Assembly (NCBI GenBank): GCA_947626975.1
Contig: CANQUF010000006.1
Location: 1-50,906 of the forward strand
Length of the DNA stretch: 50,906 bases
Direction: 5' to 3'
Origin: an uncultured Clostridia bacterium
Lineage (GTDB): Bacteria; Bacillota; Clostridia; TANB77; CAG-465
Shown: positions 50,906 through 50,906 of the stretch, in pieces
Layout: each line of letters begins with the position of its first letter
Numbering within the stretch: the stretch's first letter is position 1
Notes under the pieces: generated by a model
The model's database searches: none
What the model was told of the DNA's origin: nothing
What the model saw: the letters and a program-made list of their open reading frames with translations, nothing else
Program-made: the position numbers and the translations under genes

Positions 50906-50906
50906 A

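Overview
Very AT-rich chromosomal segment from a spore-forming Clostridia-like firmicute, containing the replication origin. Core content: efp-rplT-rpmI-infC with an L20 leader; gyrB-recF-dnaN-dnaA with a bipartite oriC (DnaA boxes, six DnaA-trios); rpmH-rnpA-yidD-yidC-jag-mnmE-mnmG-rsmG-parA-parB with a degenerate parS; four tRNAs (Ser TGA, Ser GCT, Arg CCT, Arg ACG); glycolipid and cell-envelope genes; and sporulation genes (Spo0E-like, cwlD, cwlJ-gerQ, YlbF). Gene strand flips at oriC. The most interesting accessory signals are: (1) a stand-alone four-gene operon (VirB4 N-domain-like protein, VirB4 ATPase, CpaE/TadZ-like ATPase, helical protein) with no relaxase, coupling protein or integrase, behind a Spo0A-box-like promoter module; (2) that module recurs at a Spo0E-like gene and a mini-TnpB element; (3) an exact 74-bp inverted repeat forms both ends of the window, cutting a DUF4046 gene on the left; (4) a VapW-like/VapD toxin-antitoxin pair lies beside an in-frame-deleted TnpB that keeps its omegaRNA end, and their promoters are related and carry LexA-like boxes; (5) an orphan Zn-ribbon fused phage gp30.3-type NADAR; (6) a DUF402 + radical SAM pair. 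All family assignments come from motif recognition by eye; no searches were run.
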